From Cyanidioschyzon merolae (lineage: Eukaryota): a stretch of DNA of 64,000 bases. The stretch lies in assembly GCA_000091205.1 (NCBI GenBank), contig AP006483.2. The stretch is one strand, 5' to 3'. This document shows positions 32,664 to 43,383 of this stretch, piece after piece. The notes below the pieces were generated by a model that was given only the letters and a program-made list of their open reading frames with translations, made no database searches and was not told the origin of the DNA. Position 1 is the stretch's first letter, and each line of letters starts with the position of its first letter. A program made the translations under genes and the position numbers.

Positions 32664-35360
32664 TCACCAGTGCGTACCGCTCTGCGCTGACTTGTCGACT
32701 GCCCCAGGCATCGACGTGGCTGACGAGTGCGTCTGGAGCAGTTTGAGCGCTTGACGTGGCTTCTCCTCAGGTGCACCCCGGTTACATTCGAACGTCTCGG
32801 AACGCAGCGCATGCGTCGGCAGAGAGTCCGACACTGGTTGCACCCGACGGTAGAGGAGCAGCTCGTGCAGCGGAGCCTCCTCGGTTATGACGCACGGGCC
32901 GAGCCAAACGGTGTCTCGGTTGTTGATGTCGACGTTGTCAGGGGATAACGAGCTTTTCAAAGTCGAGCACGCCGAGTCGATTCGCCAACGACACCAGTAA
33001 CCGGTCGGTAAGTAGACGCTTCGTCGACGCTGACCATAGGCGAGGACGGGTGCCACCAGCAGGTCTGTACCGATGAGGTATTCGTCGTCAACGCGGCTCG
33101 CGACTCCACTTAGCGGATGATCCGCGGTAAGGCGCTCATCCCAGCAGACAGGACGCACGATAGGCTCATCGTTCTGGAGTAGCGTGAGCAGGAGCGGAAC
33201 GATGGACGTTTCGCGAAAACGCAGGTATCTCCGAACGAGGTCGACGACGGTTTCAGAGAGTTCCGGATGAGGTGGTAGCAAGCGATCGAATAGTTGCGGC
33301 TGCAGAGAGAACTGCACACAAGGCATGGCGATGCTGGCTTGCAACCATCGAATATAGAGCTCTCGCAGCTGAGCGGGATCAGTCTCCAGAGCGACCTCAT
33401 CTGCATTACCATAAGCGTTTCCACCAATCATGTCGGGCATCACGACTTGGACGCCCAGTACGCTGACGGTCAAGGCGCCTGTGACGACACTCTTCAGGCC
33501 GTTATCGGTGCCCCATTTAGAGGATTTGTCGAAAAGGCGAACCACGACGGGCGCGAAGAGGCTATCAAACCAGGAGGTACGCACCTCCGCAATAGGGAAA
33601 CTTGAAGCCATGGCAACGTACTGACGCGTGTACTCGTTCTGCTGGAGTACTGCATCTGCGTCCAAGGCATCGCAGCGGAGAAGAGCGCTTGGGACAAAGG
33701 CACCTTCGCCGGCGTCGAACTTGAAGCCGTCGATTCCAGTTTCGTGTTGGAGTTGGCGGAGCTTGGACTGCCACCAATCCCGCGCTTCCGGTTTAAAGAC
33801 ATTGAGTAAATGACCCTGGCCTTGCCACCATTCTACTGGCCGTTTACCGTGGCCGAGAAGGAAGCCGCGGTCTCGAGCTTCGGCAAAGTTGGTACTCTCC
33901 TCGGTGATAAATGGCGGGATCCAGAGCGTTACGAGAAAGCCGCGGGCATGCAGGGCATCGACCAGTTGTCGCGGTTCCGGGAACTTGTTCGGATCGAAGC
34001 TTGTATCGCCGTAGTTTCGCTGCCACTTATCGTCTATCTCAATGATACCGCCCTGCAGGTCGAGCGAACGTAAGTTATCCGCCATAAGCATGACCTTGGT
34101 CGCGGTGACGTCGGCTTTCATTTCGGCCCAGGTAGACCAGATCACGCGCTCGATGAGGGCAGTGCTCTTCCAGGAGCGCTGCGGTGCGCCAAACCAGCGA
34201 CGCAAATGAGAAAACGTCTGGTCCAGTCTTGGTTCTGCTGCAATGAGCAGCTCAAGTTCTAGACGCTTTGCTCGCGCGGACCAAGCACAGAGCCGCTGGT
34301 CACCGCGAGTCGTGCCAGGCTGCTGCACGGGCGGGCACTGACGATGCGGTCGCTGGCGGCTGCGTCTCGTCTCGGCGTCCAGTACGGATGAATAGATCGG
34401 TATATAGACGTCCGTGGTGAACTTTTCATGGGGTATCGCCGGCTCCACCTGGGCATTCGACGAGACGTGTAAATCAAATGGAGGGTGCGGCATCACAACC
34501 GCTACCCCGGTTGAGGACAGGAGCACGGGAGAGAGCACCGAACCGACTCCACTGGGTGCATTGTCCCAGGTCACAAATGGGGTCGGCGGTAGCATTGCGT
34601 CCGACAGAGGCCACGTCTGATTTAGGAACTCACCTAGGCCGTACACCACCTTACCCTTAGGCTCGTTGAGCACATACGACCAACCGAGCAGTGACAATGG
34701 TTTCCCAGCACCTGCAGCCTGTTTTCCTGGTTCAGTACGCTCGGCTGTGAGACAAACGCGACAATCTTGACGGTCGCAATGCACTGCAATGGTAACCTCA
34801 ACAACGTCATCGGGGTCGGCTGCGTCGTGGTAGCGCAGACGAACACCAGCAGCTCTCGTTCTTTCGTTACATACGACCTCATTGCCGCCCTCGAACGCCA
34901 GTATTTTACGCTCAAATCTAGAGTTTCCGTCCTCCAAGCCCCAGAGCAACGAGCCGGTAGCGCAGAGCGCACCGTCTCGATATATATGGTACGTTGCAAG
35001 CGCCACCGTCACGCGTACAAGCAACTCGCGCGGCTCGTGCCGCAAAATGTACCACTCACCCGCACGCTCGGTAACTTTGAAATAGTTGCCTTCATATACC
35101 TCTTCTTTGACTTGAGTTTGCAGTACATTGGACTGTACCGCACGCGACAGCAGTGCGGCAGCGCCCACAGCGGAACTCAGTGTCCGGGCAAGCACGGTGC
35201 CGCCTGCAAACGCAGCTGCAACGTTCGCAGCTAACACGTCCGAGTTTCTCGGCAGCGACCCGCAATGCTCTAGTTTCTGAGCGTCGCCCTCCTGAAGTTT
35301 TTGGAAATCCTTGCTCAAAGCGTGCGCAAACACTGGTATCGAACGTGATACACCTTTCAT
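32664..35360 (-). CDS. Glycoside hydrolase family 31 protein (MYORG/KIAA1161-like alpha-glycosidase)
   Basis: An 898-aa intronless ORF with the motifs GIDGFKFDAGEG, LWIPPFI and MPDMIGGNAYG, plus the WQGQGHLLNVFKPEARDWW region, which I recognise as typical of the GH31 MYORG subgroup. Confidence 0.75.
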   Translation of the reverse strand: MKGVSRSIPVFAHALSKDFQKLQEGDAQKLEHCGSLPRNSDVLAANVAAAFAGGTVLARTLSSAVGAAALLSRAVQSNVLQTQVKEEVYEGNYFKVTERAGEWYILRHEPRELLVRVTVALATYHIYRDGALCATGSLLWGLEDGNSRFERKILAFEGGNEVVCNERTRAAGVRLRYHDAADPDDVVEVTIAVHCDRQDCRVCLTAERTEPGKQAAGAGKPLSLLGWSYVLNEPKGKVVYGLGEFLNQTWPLSDAMLPPTPFVTWDNAPSGVGSVLSPVLLSSTGVAVVMPHPPFDLHVSSNAQVEPAIPHEKFTTDVYIPIYSSVLDAETRRSRQRPHRQCPPVQQPGTTRGDQRLCAWSARAKRLELELLIAAEPRLDQTFSHLRRWFGAPQRSWKSTALIERVIWSTWAEMKADVTATKVMLMADNLRSLDLQGGIIEIDDKWQRNYGDTSFDPNKFPEPRQLVDALHARGFLVTLWIPPFITEESTNFAEARDRGFLLGHGKRPVEWWQGQGHLLNVFKPEARDWWQSKLRQLQHETGIDGFKFDAGEGAFVPSALLRCDALDADAVLQQNEYTRQYVAMASSFPIAEVRTSWFDSLFAPVVVRLFDKSSKWGTDNGLKSVVTGALTVSVLGVQVVMPDMIGGNAYGNADEVALETDPAQLRELYIRWLQASIAMPCVQFSLQPQLFDRLLPPHPELSETVVDLVRRYLRFRETSIVPLLLTLLQNDEPIVRPVCWDERLTADHPLSGVASRVDDEYLIGTDLLVAPVLAYGQRRRSVYLPTGYWCRWRIDSACSTLKSSLSPDNVDINNRDTVWLGPCVITEEAPLHELLLYRRVQPVSDSLPTHALRSETFECNRGAPEEKPRQALKLLQTHSSATSMPGAVDKSAQSGTHW

Positions 35361-35917
35361 ATTGGGAAAGCGTCAAGCGTACGAATGCTGGAATGCCACT
35401 GCATGCTCCGGAAACGTGAGGCGCAGCGAGCGCACGCGATGCCGGAATTTCGAATCGCCTCGGAAGGCGTCCGGCGGCGTCCATCGCAGCAGACACCCAA
35501 AACGGTACCATTCTGTACATATATACACACAAGTGGATCAATGACATCGAGCGATGGCCAAGTCGAATGCAGCTGCGATGCGCTGGCTGCATCGTAGGCG
35601 AGCATCATGGAGGGCGGTTTTCCGGCGAATGACGAACGTCCTCTGCACAGGCAGGTGCATGTATCCTAACGAGCGATGTGCACGTGGTAATGCTGCTGCA
35701 CCTGAATAATCCAAGTAGTTGCTGGTGCTGAATCGTTGTTGTTGTCGTTGTTGTTGTTGTCGTCGTCGGAGTGGTATATCCGTGTATGGGTATCGCGAGG
35801 CAAGCGGTGCTCGAGTCCGGCGCGAAGATGCAGCTCAATCGCCAGCTGTTGGTGTATCCTGTCATGAATCGTTTGCACGACAATCGAGTCAGTGTAGAAC
35901 GGCAAGGGTCTGCTCAT

Positions 35918-37224
35918 TCGGGAGTACACACGAACGATTGGGATTCGTTCCGCTCGGGTGCCAACAGTGGCCTTTAAGGGGCCTTTATTCCACAAATGCT
36001 GTGTTCTCCTCTGTCTTGTATTTGGCTTTGCATACGCTGGTCTGCGACGCTCCTTCAGCTTCGTTATCAGCAGTCGATGGGTGTCGAAAGCGGCGTTCAA
36101 CGACCAATGTCGGTGCTTCCGCCTGTTGTCGACGCATTGCATGCAGGTGCACCAGTTACGATGCACACTTTGCTTGGCATTCTCGTCTCGTTTGAGCACG
36201 GCATCTGTGCACGCTTCGCACTGGTGGCACTCGACCGTCATTGGAGCTCCTCGAATGCTCACGAAACCTCCTTCTTCGAAGACGACCTCCAGGTGCGACG
36301 GGACTCGCTCCACCGCTCCTTAGGTGGCCCCGACGGGTATCGGGGGCTTCACGCGATAGACGTCTCCGTTTCCGCTGCTGAGGGATCCCGTCGACGATGT
36401 CGTTGTCCGCTGGACACTTGAGCGCGCGCTATTCCATTCGACAGAGTAATTGTGGAGCGCGATGCTTCATACGATGAAACAGGTGTCGAAGAGAATATCC
36501 AGGCAGCAGAGCAAATCCAGAGACTCAGATCCTTGTACGCTCCCTCTGTAGCGAGCGGTGACACACACTCCACTGACACCGGGCTCGCTGCGTAGACTCA
36601 GGTCCGAGTCCAGGGCCCTGTCCCCGTGAAAGCGGAACAGACGGGAGCCCCTGGAGACGTCTCTCATGCGTGGTACCATGCTGTTGTCGAATGCAGTTTC
36701 ATCGACAGCGGAGAAACCGAGCGTGATTTGATATTCGACCATGATCACTTACTCTAGGTGACATGTTCAGTGAATGTTCGACGTAGCGTCCTGAGGGAGC
36801 TTTCCAGAGTCGACGTCGAGCTTCTTTCCCTGGGAATCGAGCGACACGAATCGCAGCGCCCGCAAGTGCCCTTGAACCAGAGAGATCGGAAACTGTCAGC
36901 ATGCGTCATTGGCGCCTGCTCCACACGGGCAAAGGAAAAACCTGGAGGCCTCTGCATACGAACCGGATAATCATAGCGATTGGTGTACGAGCCCTGGTTC
37001 GAGTGCTTTGCGAATCACCTTGAGTCTGGTATCGTCACGAATGCCAGCGGTGAGCAGTCGATGCAGCCAGCTCGTGAGAACGACCGTGACACCTTTGACC
37101 ATTTACCAAACTCGTAAACTCTTATTACTGGACTTTGAATCTCGAGCCGGTGCACGTTGAGTTTGGAAACATCTAGAGTCAGGAACAAGCGAGCAGTTCA
37201 GGGCTCCGTATCTAGTCTGCTACA
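35918..37224 (+). repeat. Palindrome 2, left arm. It is a ~1.31 kb unit in forward orientation and belongs to the same repeat family as the palindrome-1 arms (~70% identity).
   Basis: It is the reverse complement of 43384-44698 at ~98.5-99% identity. The mirror ORF pairs are 36349..36579(-) with 44030..44260(+), 36467..36748(-) with 43861..44142(+), 36909..37160(+) with 43449..43700(-), and 35996..36421(+) with 44188..44613(-). The inner end terminates ...GTTTGGAAACATCTAGAGTCAGGAACAAGCGAGCAGTTCAGGGCTCC.... Confidence 0.9.
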
Positions 37225-37576
37225 TGTCAGCGCAGCATCCTTCTCAGGTGGGTGCAAGTGCCGGCTGCAGGCATACGGCGTATGCGTTACAGCTTCCGTG
37301 CCGTGCGCTCTATTCTTGAAGCGAATGGTATGCGCTATCTCTGTTCAGTGTCGTCTCTGATCTGGGCAGCTGCTGGATTCTAGTGCGGACGCCACAGAGC
37401 CTTGCACCGTACCCAGGCTGTTTCGCACTGGCGGAACTGCCGCTAGAGGAGGTGCTTGTTGGAGCGCGCGGCACTTGGGCCTCGCTTGCTGAACCTGCTG
37501 CAGCTGGAGTGCACTCGGTGACTCCGCAGCAGCAGCAACGTCAACAGCTGCAGATAGGCAACTACATCAGAAGGAA

Positions 37577-39451
37577 ATGAGCAGTTCCGTGCGCTATGGG
37601 GCACTGCGGACGCTCCAGGGCGTAGCGGCACGTGGTGCGCACACTGCTGCTTTTCGCCAACAGTGCGGCGACCGAGGATCGCTTCTACGTGCCCTGGGGA
37701 AGCGCGCTGAGGCACCCGTCGCACAAGGCTGTAAGCAAACACGCAACGATGCAGAGTCTTGGCCTCGAGGTCTCGCTCGTGGCCCCGGCCGGGCGTTCTT
37801 TAGCAACCACACCGGCTACCAGGACGCGTACCGACAGCAGCGTGCTTCCGAGGTCGCCGCCGCAGAGGAAAAGGAGATGCTGCTGCTGAGGAAGCTCAGA
37901 CTAAAACTTACGAGGCCGGTCTCGCAGGCAACCGGTCATACGCATCCACATCTCCTGGACATAGACCAGGTTACACCTGGTATTCCACTCGCGGAGTATC
38001 GAGCGCGACGACAAGCACTGGCAGCGCTCATGCCGCCACATTCGCTGCTCATTTTACCCGCTGCTCCAGAGCAGTTTTACTCAATGGACGTTCCACATCG
38101 CTACCGTCAACACACGGACTTTCTGTACTTTACGGGGTGTCTGGAACCGCAGGCTGCACTCGTGGTCTACAAACCGCGCTCTGCTGCCGTTGACGCCTCG
38201 GCCATCGAGCCGGGCCCTCAACCGGATGCACTGCAAGCTGAGTTTCTCCTCTTCGTCCGCGCGAGAGACGCATCCCGGGAGCTCTGGGATGGCCCCATGA
38301 TTGGCATTGAAGACGCTCCGGCAATGTTCGGCATTCCCAATGTGTACCCAGTGGAGCGCCTGGGCGCTCTCGTTGCCGAGATTATGCATGGTGGCGAGCC
38401 GACTCCGCCGTCACTCTTCTTTGACGCAAATGTGAATTCCGAGTTCACGAAACGTGTGGGTACCGCTCTGGCACCCGACAAGTCCATGGAATCCGCCGCC
38501 GGCGCCGCCTGGCAGTCTTTTGCGTCGCGTCTGTGTTCACCGGTGCCTCTGACGCAACCGCTGCGGTTGTTCAAGTCACCGAACGAGCTCGCATTGATGC
38601 GTCGTGCCGCTGCAGTTACAGCGGATGCATTTATCGACGCGATGCAGCGCACTAGCGCCGGACTTGGTGAATGGCAAATCGCTGCGCGCATGGCCTATAC
38701 CATGGGGTTTCGTGGCGGCCCCAGCGCTCGCCTTGCGTTCCCCATGGTGGTGGCATCGGGTCCACGAGCCTGCACGCTCCATTATACGGAGAACGCAGCG
38801 CTACTGCAAAAACACCACATGCTCATGGTCGACGCCGGCGTTGAACTGCATGGCTATTGCAGCGATATCTCTCGTTCGTGGCCTGTCGATGGCCGGTTCC
38901 GAGGAGCTGCCAAGACCCTCTACGATATGCTGCTGAGCATTCACGAGGCTTGCTTGAAGCTCGCGCGGGAGCAAACGCACCCATCGCATACCGCTGGTGA
39001 TGTCGCCGGTGAATGCCGAGCGCCAGCGGCCAGCCTGGAGCACCTTCACCGAGTCTGCGTTCGGATGATTGCGGAGAATCTGTATGAACTAGGGTTTTTC
39101 GGCCGACGACACCGGGTAGATGAGATCATCGAGCGCGGTCTCTACGGACGGTACTTTCCGCATGCGCTCGGGCACTATCTGGGCATGGATACACACGACA
39201 CTCATCAGTTGAGCAAGGCGATTCCGTTTCGAGCTGGCATGGTGATCACTGTGGAGCCCGGCGTATACGTCCCGGTGGCAGATGGTGATGCACCAGCAGC
39301 CTTTCGAGGTCTAGGCATGCGCATCGAGGACGACGTGGTGATTCGCCCGGGCGGAGCCGCCCCGGAAATCCTCTCCGCGGGGATTCCTCTGCAAGCGCGA
39401 GATATCGAGGCGGTTATGCGTGAGATAGCCACGACAAGCGCGCACTATTGA
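37577..39451 (+). CDS. Xaa-Pro aminopeptidase (M24B family, XPNPEP3/AMPP-like, probably organellar)
   Basis: An AMP_N region (PGIPLAEYRARRQALAALMP...HRYRQHTDFLYFTGCLEPQAALVV) is followed by the pita-bread metal ligands HGYCSDISRSWPVDGRF, HALGHYLGMDTHD, GMVITVEPGVY and GMRIEDDVV. The 624-aa ORF is intronless and sits in the 6.16 kb spacer of palindrome 2. Confidence 0.9.
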   Translation: MSSSVRYGALRTLQGVAARGAHTAAFRQQCGDRGSLLRALGKRAEAPVAQGCKQTRNDAESWPRGLARGPGRAFFSNHTGYQDAYRQQRASEVAAAEEKEMLLLRKLRLKLTRPVSQATGHTHPHLLDIDQVTPGIPLAEYRARRQALAALMPPHSLLILPAAPEQFYSMDVPHRYRQHTDFLYFTGCLEPQAALVVYKPRSAAVDASAIEPGPQPDALQAEFLLFVRARDASRELWDGPMIGIEDAPAMFGIPNVYPVERLGALVAEIMHGGEPTPPSLFFDANVNSEFTKRVGTALAPDKSMESAAGAAWQSFASRLCSPVPLTQPLRLFKSPNELALMRRAAAVTADAFIDAMQRTSAGLGEWQIAARMAYTMGFRGGPSARLAFPMVVASGPRACTLHYTENAALLQKHHMLMVDAGVELHGYCSDISRSWPVDGRFRGAAKTLYDMLLSIHEACLKLAREQTHPSHTAGDVAGECRAPAASLEHLHRVCVRMIAENLYELGFFGRRHRVDEIIERGLYGRYFPHALGHYLGMDTHDTHQLSKAIPFRAGMVITVEPGVYVPVADGDAPAAFRGLGMRIEDDVVIRPGGAAPEILSAGIPLQARDIEAVMREIATTSAHY

Positions 39452-42400
39452 AGCTAGTTTGGATCGCTCGGTAGACGCTCTTCTATCGAATGATGGAATA
39501 CTCCATGATTTTGGGCCAGTTGCTCAGGAAACGCCTAGTCGGTGTATGGATGCGGCGCTGGAGCCTTTCTTGTACGCTGAAACGTACCATACCGAGGCAT
39601 TGCCTGTGGCAAGCGTTCGATTCCACCTCTGCTGGCCGCTGCTATTTTTCCAACGGGATTCTGAGGTCACGTAGCACATTGCCCGCCCAGAGTACGAAGC
39701 GACGGTCTCGAAAGTTTGCTCTACAAAACGCTGCTCGACGCCCCGAATCCATGAGATACTTTTGAATGATGATCGAAGCGTTCAAGTCGGGGTGCAGAGC
39801 ATGCCAGCGCGCATCGTTGCTGGTGGAATCATACCGCACAGAGCCTCTGAACTTCGATTGTCTCGCCAACTGACGTTTGTTCCGTCGACCGTAAACTGTC
39901 TCGTGGACCCGTCTCTGTTTCATTGTTGTCTTCTCTGTGTGCCCCAGCATACATCCCGTGCTCGTGATACCTGTAGGTTATCCAGGACGCATCCAGGGGA
40001 ATCGTGCACAACCGATTCTTGCTATCGTTGGTCGCTCTCAGCCAGCAAGCAGGAGTGCACTTGCTGCGTGGACCAGGATGTATAGCGCAACGCGCGACTA
40101 GAAACCGACGTGACTTTTCGGCCAGTTGCTTTTTTTTAACGTACTGAATAAGTTGGTAGAGGCGCGCTTCCCGCCTCCGTTCATCCGAAATCGTTGGCGA
40201 TCGAAAGCGTGGTCTCGTGGATGCCTGCCAGGGATCCAGTGCATGAGCCATTGACAGGCTCATGGACTCTATTTGAGAAAAGTGTACAGTGCAGCTCGCT
40301 CTGCTCCGTATGTCGCTCAGAGCGTCGATACGGGTCCAGACGTCTTCACTAGACTTTTTGGTATGCCATCTGGTGTCTGTCGGGCCTGCTGCTCAATTGT
40401 ATCGAGCCCGGGAAGCGTCGAGTGGCCCCAGCTGCTCTCGGTTCACCTCTTTGACGCCGTCGTTTGGATTTGGAGGTACAGCGACGGAGAGGACGTTGTC
40501 CAGCCTGCGATCGAGTCCCATTGCAACGCGCTTATCTTCGATGAATTTGAACGGTTGAAAATGGGTATCGTTACGCGTCTAAGGTTGAGGGTTTCGCGCT
40601 CCTCATGAGGTGTATACTTATTGATATTCTCTCGCTCTTCATATTCCCTGCAAACTGCTTTCCATATTCTCCCTGGGAACAAGAAAATATGAATGTGCTC
40701 CGCCAATGCACTTCCAGAAGTTTAATGAATGCTCCTTGCAGTAAAGCATGATGTGCGGCGATGGAACGGGCCTTGAAAGGATCTCTGGAATAAAATCGAA
40801 GTCAAGCTTGATGAGGATCGGGCGCTCGGACTCGGGAATGCGTCTGCTTTGGCTATGGAGGGCTCTTCTTTAGATCTCTTTGCAATGTACGGCGCAAGGT
40901 GGGCGTCATGTTCCGAGCATCCTTTGGATATGACGCATCTCTCTGTGTGCGAGGCGGGACCGTACACTATGAGCTTGGACGAGGTGAGTCGACTCTCGCT
41001 CTGGTCGCAGCATGTGTTCAGAACTCGCTACCATCCCGAGCGCTTCTGGCACCACCAGCTCGACACTTGCCTCCGTCGACGCACCGCAAGTGCCTTGCAT
41101 CAGAGCCCACATTTTCGGACCAGGATTCTGAGGGTTCGAAGCTCACAGGATGCATCTCGTGAAGCGCTCGAGACTGAACCGCAATTAAGATCGGATGTTG
41201 AGGTTCGTTTGATACGTTTTCACAACGGCGTTGTAGATATACCGATCGACGACGTTTTGTGAAGACGCATCAGGTTTATTTGGGGAAAGCGTGTCCACAA
41301 AAACGCGGATCCTACGACCAAGCGCCTCTGCAGCTCCAGTACTGCGAAGCGGTTGTGTTGCCGCACTAGGGTTGAATCGAAAAATTTCAAAGGAATGTCG
41401 ACAGCGGGCAGCCCGGTTCCCCAAACTGAAAGGAACAGTTGCTTGATGAGGTCCGTCAACGCGACGGAGGCTAGAGAGGACTTGCTCGGGACGGAGGAGG
41501 AAGCGGCTTCGTCGATAGTTGTGTCGTGCATCTCCATTTTCGTGCACATTCTGTCTGTTGGGATGGTTTACTGCGGCGATCTTGGCCAACCTTCCTCACC
41601 GATGTATATCCGCTCTGACAGTTTCCTCTTCTTGGTTCACCTCGTCATGTATTCCGAACGATTTCTGGCTTGATTGTCCGTTTTTTTCTCGTAGTTCTTC
41701 TCTGGCATCTCCTGGACTCGGTGGGATGACATGCATGTGGGCGCGATACCCCATATCCACTTGTTCTTCGGGATTCAGACGTATTGGGTGAATGTTTGGA
41801 ACGCAGCTTGCTTTCTCCGTTGATGCGCGTACGGGTTTTCACCAAAACATTCTCGTCATCTTCAACGTCAAGAATACACCCATAGACCGAAGCATGCATC
41901 TCCGCTCCCTCGCAGGCGCGAGCAAAGAAGCAACAGCATCTTTCAGAGCAGGTGGAGTTCGAGCAAAACCCGCCAAACAACCTCGATGTCTCAAATGCGA
42001 ACGAATTTTCTATGGATCCCTGAGCGTACAACCGGCTTTTGACGATAGAAAAGGCTCGTTGGAATGAAGTCGACCCAGGGCGACAGGCTGATTCGAAGGC
42101 CAGCTCAACGCCAATGCCAGCTGCGAGCTCCTTGAAAGATTTCGAGTCGTGCAGAGAGATGCTGTCGAAGAGCAGGAAGTACGTAAACAGTACTCTGTCA
42201 CGAAGAATGCTTTGATCAAGGATGAGGCGCTGAAAGATGCTGTCTGTTCGGTGGTTCACTGGCGAATACACCACTGAATCGCCATCAGGGCGGTTGGTGT
42301 CGTGATTCTCGCTTGCCGCTTCCTTACGAACAGTTATTTGTTCGAGCTGAGAGCCCACATACAGGTCTAGACCGTTTCCGCCGAATCAGGTCTCATCGAG

Positions 42401-43383
42401 TTGGACGAGCATTCCAAGTCCTGTGATGAGCGTTCGGGTTTTCGGTTTGCAGTCGGATGTGTGCTGGTCAATACGCGATCGTCTTCCACAGAAGCGCGCC
42501 TTTGATATCGTCTATGCAAGCCTCTTTATCATCGTTAAATTCGATGGCAAACAAATTCACATGTTCCACCTTCCTTCCCAGTGCTGTCTGGAGAGCGTTT
42601 GCTTTCGACTCGTTCGACACGAAGAGGATCGTGTGGATCGAGGTTGATACCCCTCTGTTCGGAATGCACCATGTTCAGGGCACGGGCTGTGCGAAAGCTC
42701 TTCATCCATCCGTTGCTCGCAGAATGACGGACTCGTGGAATTGAGATCGATTCCTGCAAGCTAACGGTGATAGCCTACATTCCTCCCGCGACATCTCTTC
42801 AGCCTGCGAGAAAAAAGTCCCATCGCCCAGTACCCGCGACAGAAAAGAAACAAAACAAATGAAGCGAGCTGGTACCGGCATTCTAGGATTTACTGCCCGC
42901 AGATCGAATGAGCATAGCAATCTCTGGGAATAAATGTATCGTTCAGAATGTAATGGAGTATGCTCATACGAAGCAGACTAGCTTGCTTTCGTTGTCTTTT
43001 CTCTGGCACCAGATCGGATGACGTGAACACGTCTGTTCCGCAACGTGCTGGAGCGCGGCCATCGTCTGGACAAGGCATCTAGACATGTCGCTCTGGATCC
43101 AGAGACGGTACGTTTGTACGTTCACGACCGCGTAGGTCGATCCGTTTCGCGGGCGAACGTCCGCAAGCGCATCGCAAAGCCGTTCCATGTCCATGCGATG
43201 CTCACGAACAGGACTGGTACCCGCAGGGTGGTCGCATTCGTCCAGTCATTCTCGCCGCAGGCATCACTGCTCGAGGCGAGCTAGCACCCGGACGGTTCTG
43301 TGGATGAGCAAAAACCTGTTCCTATGCTCGTGAGAAAGTTCATACATCCCGGGGGCTTGCCAGACTCATTGATGCACTCTACT

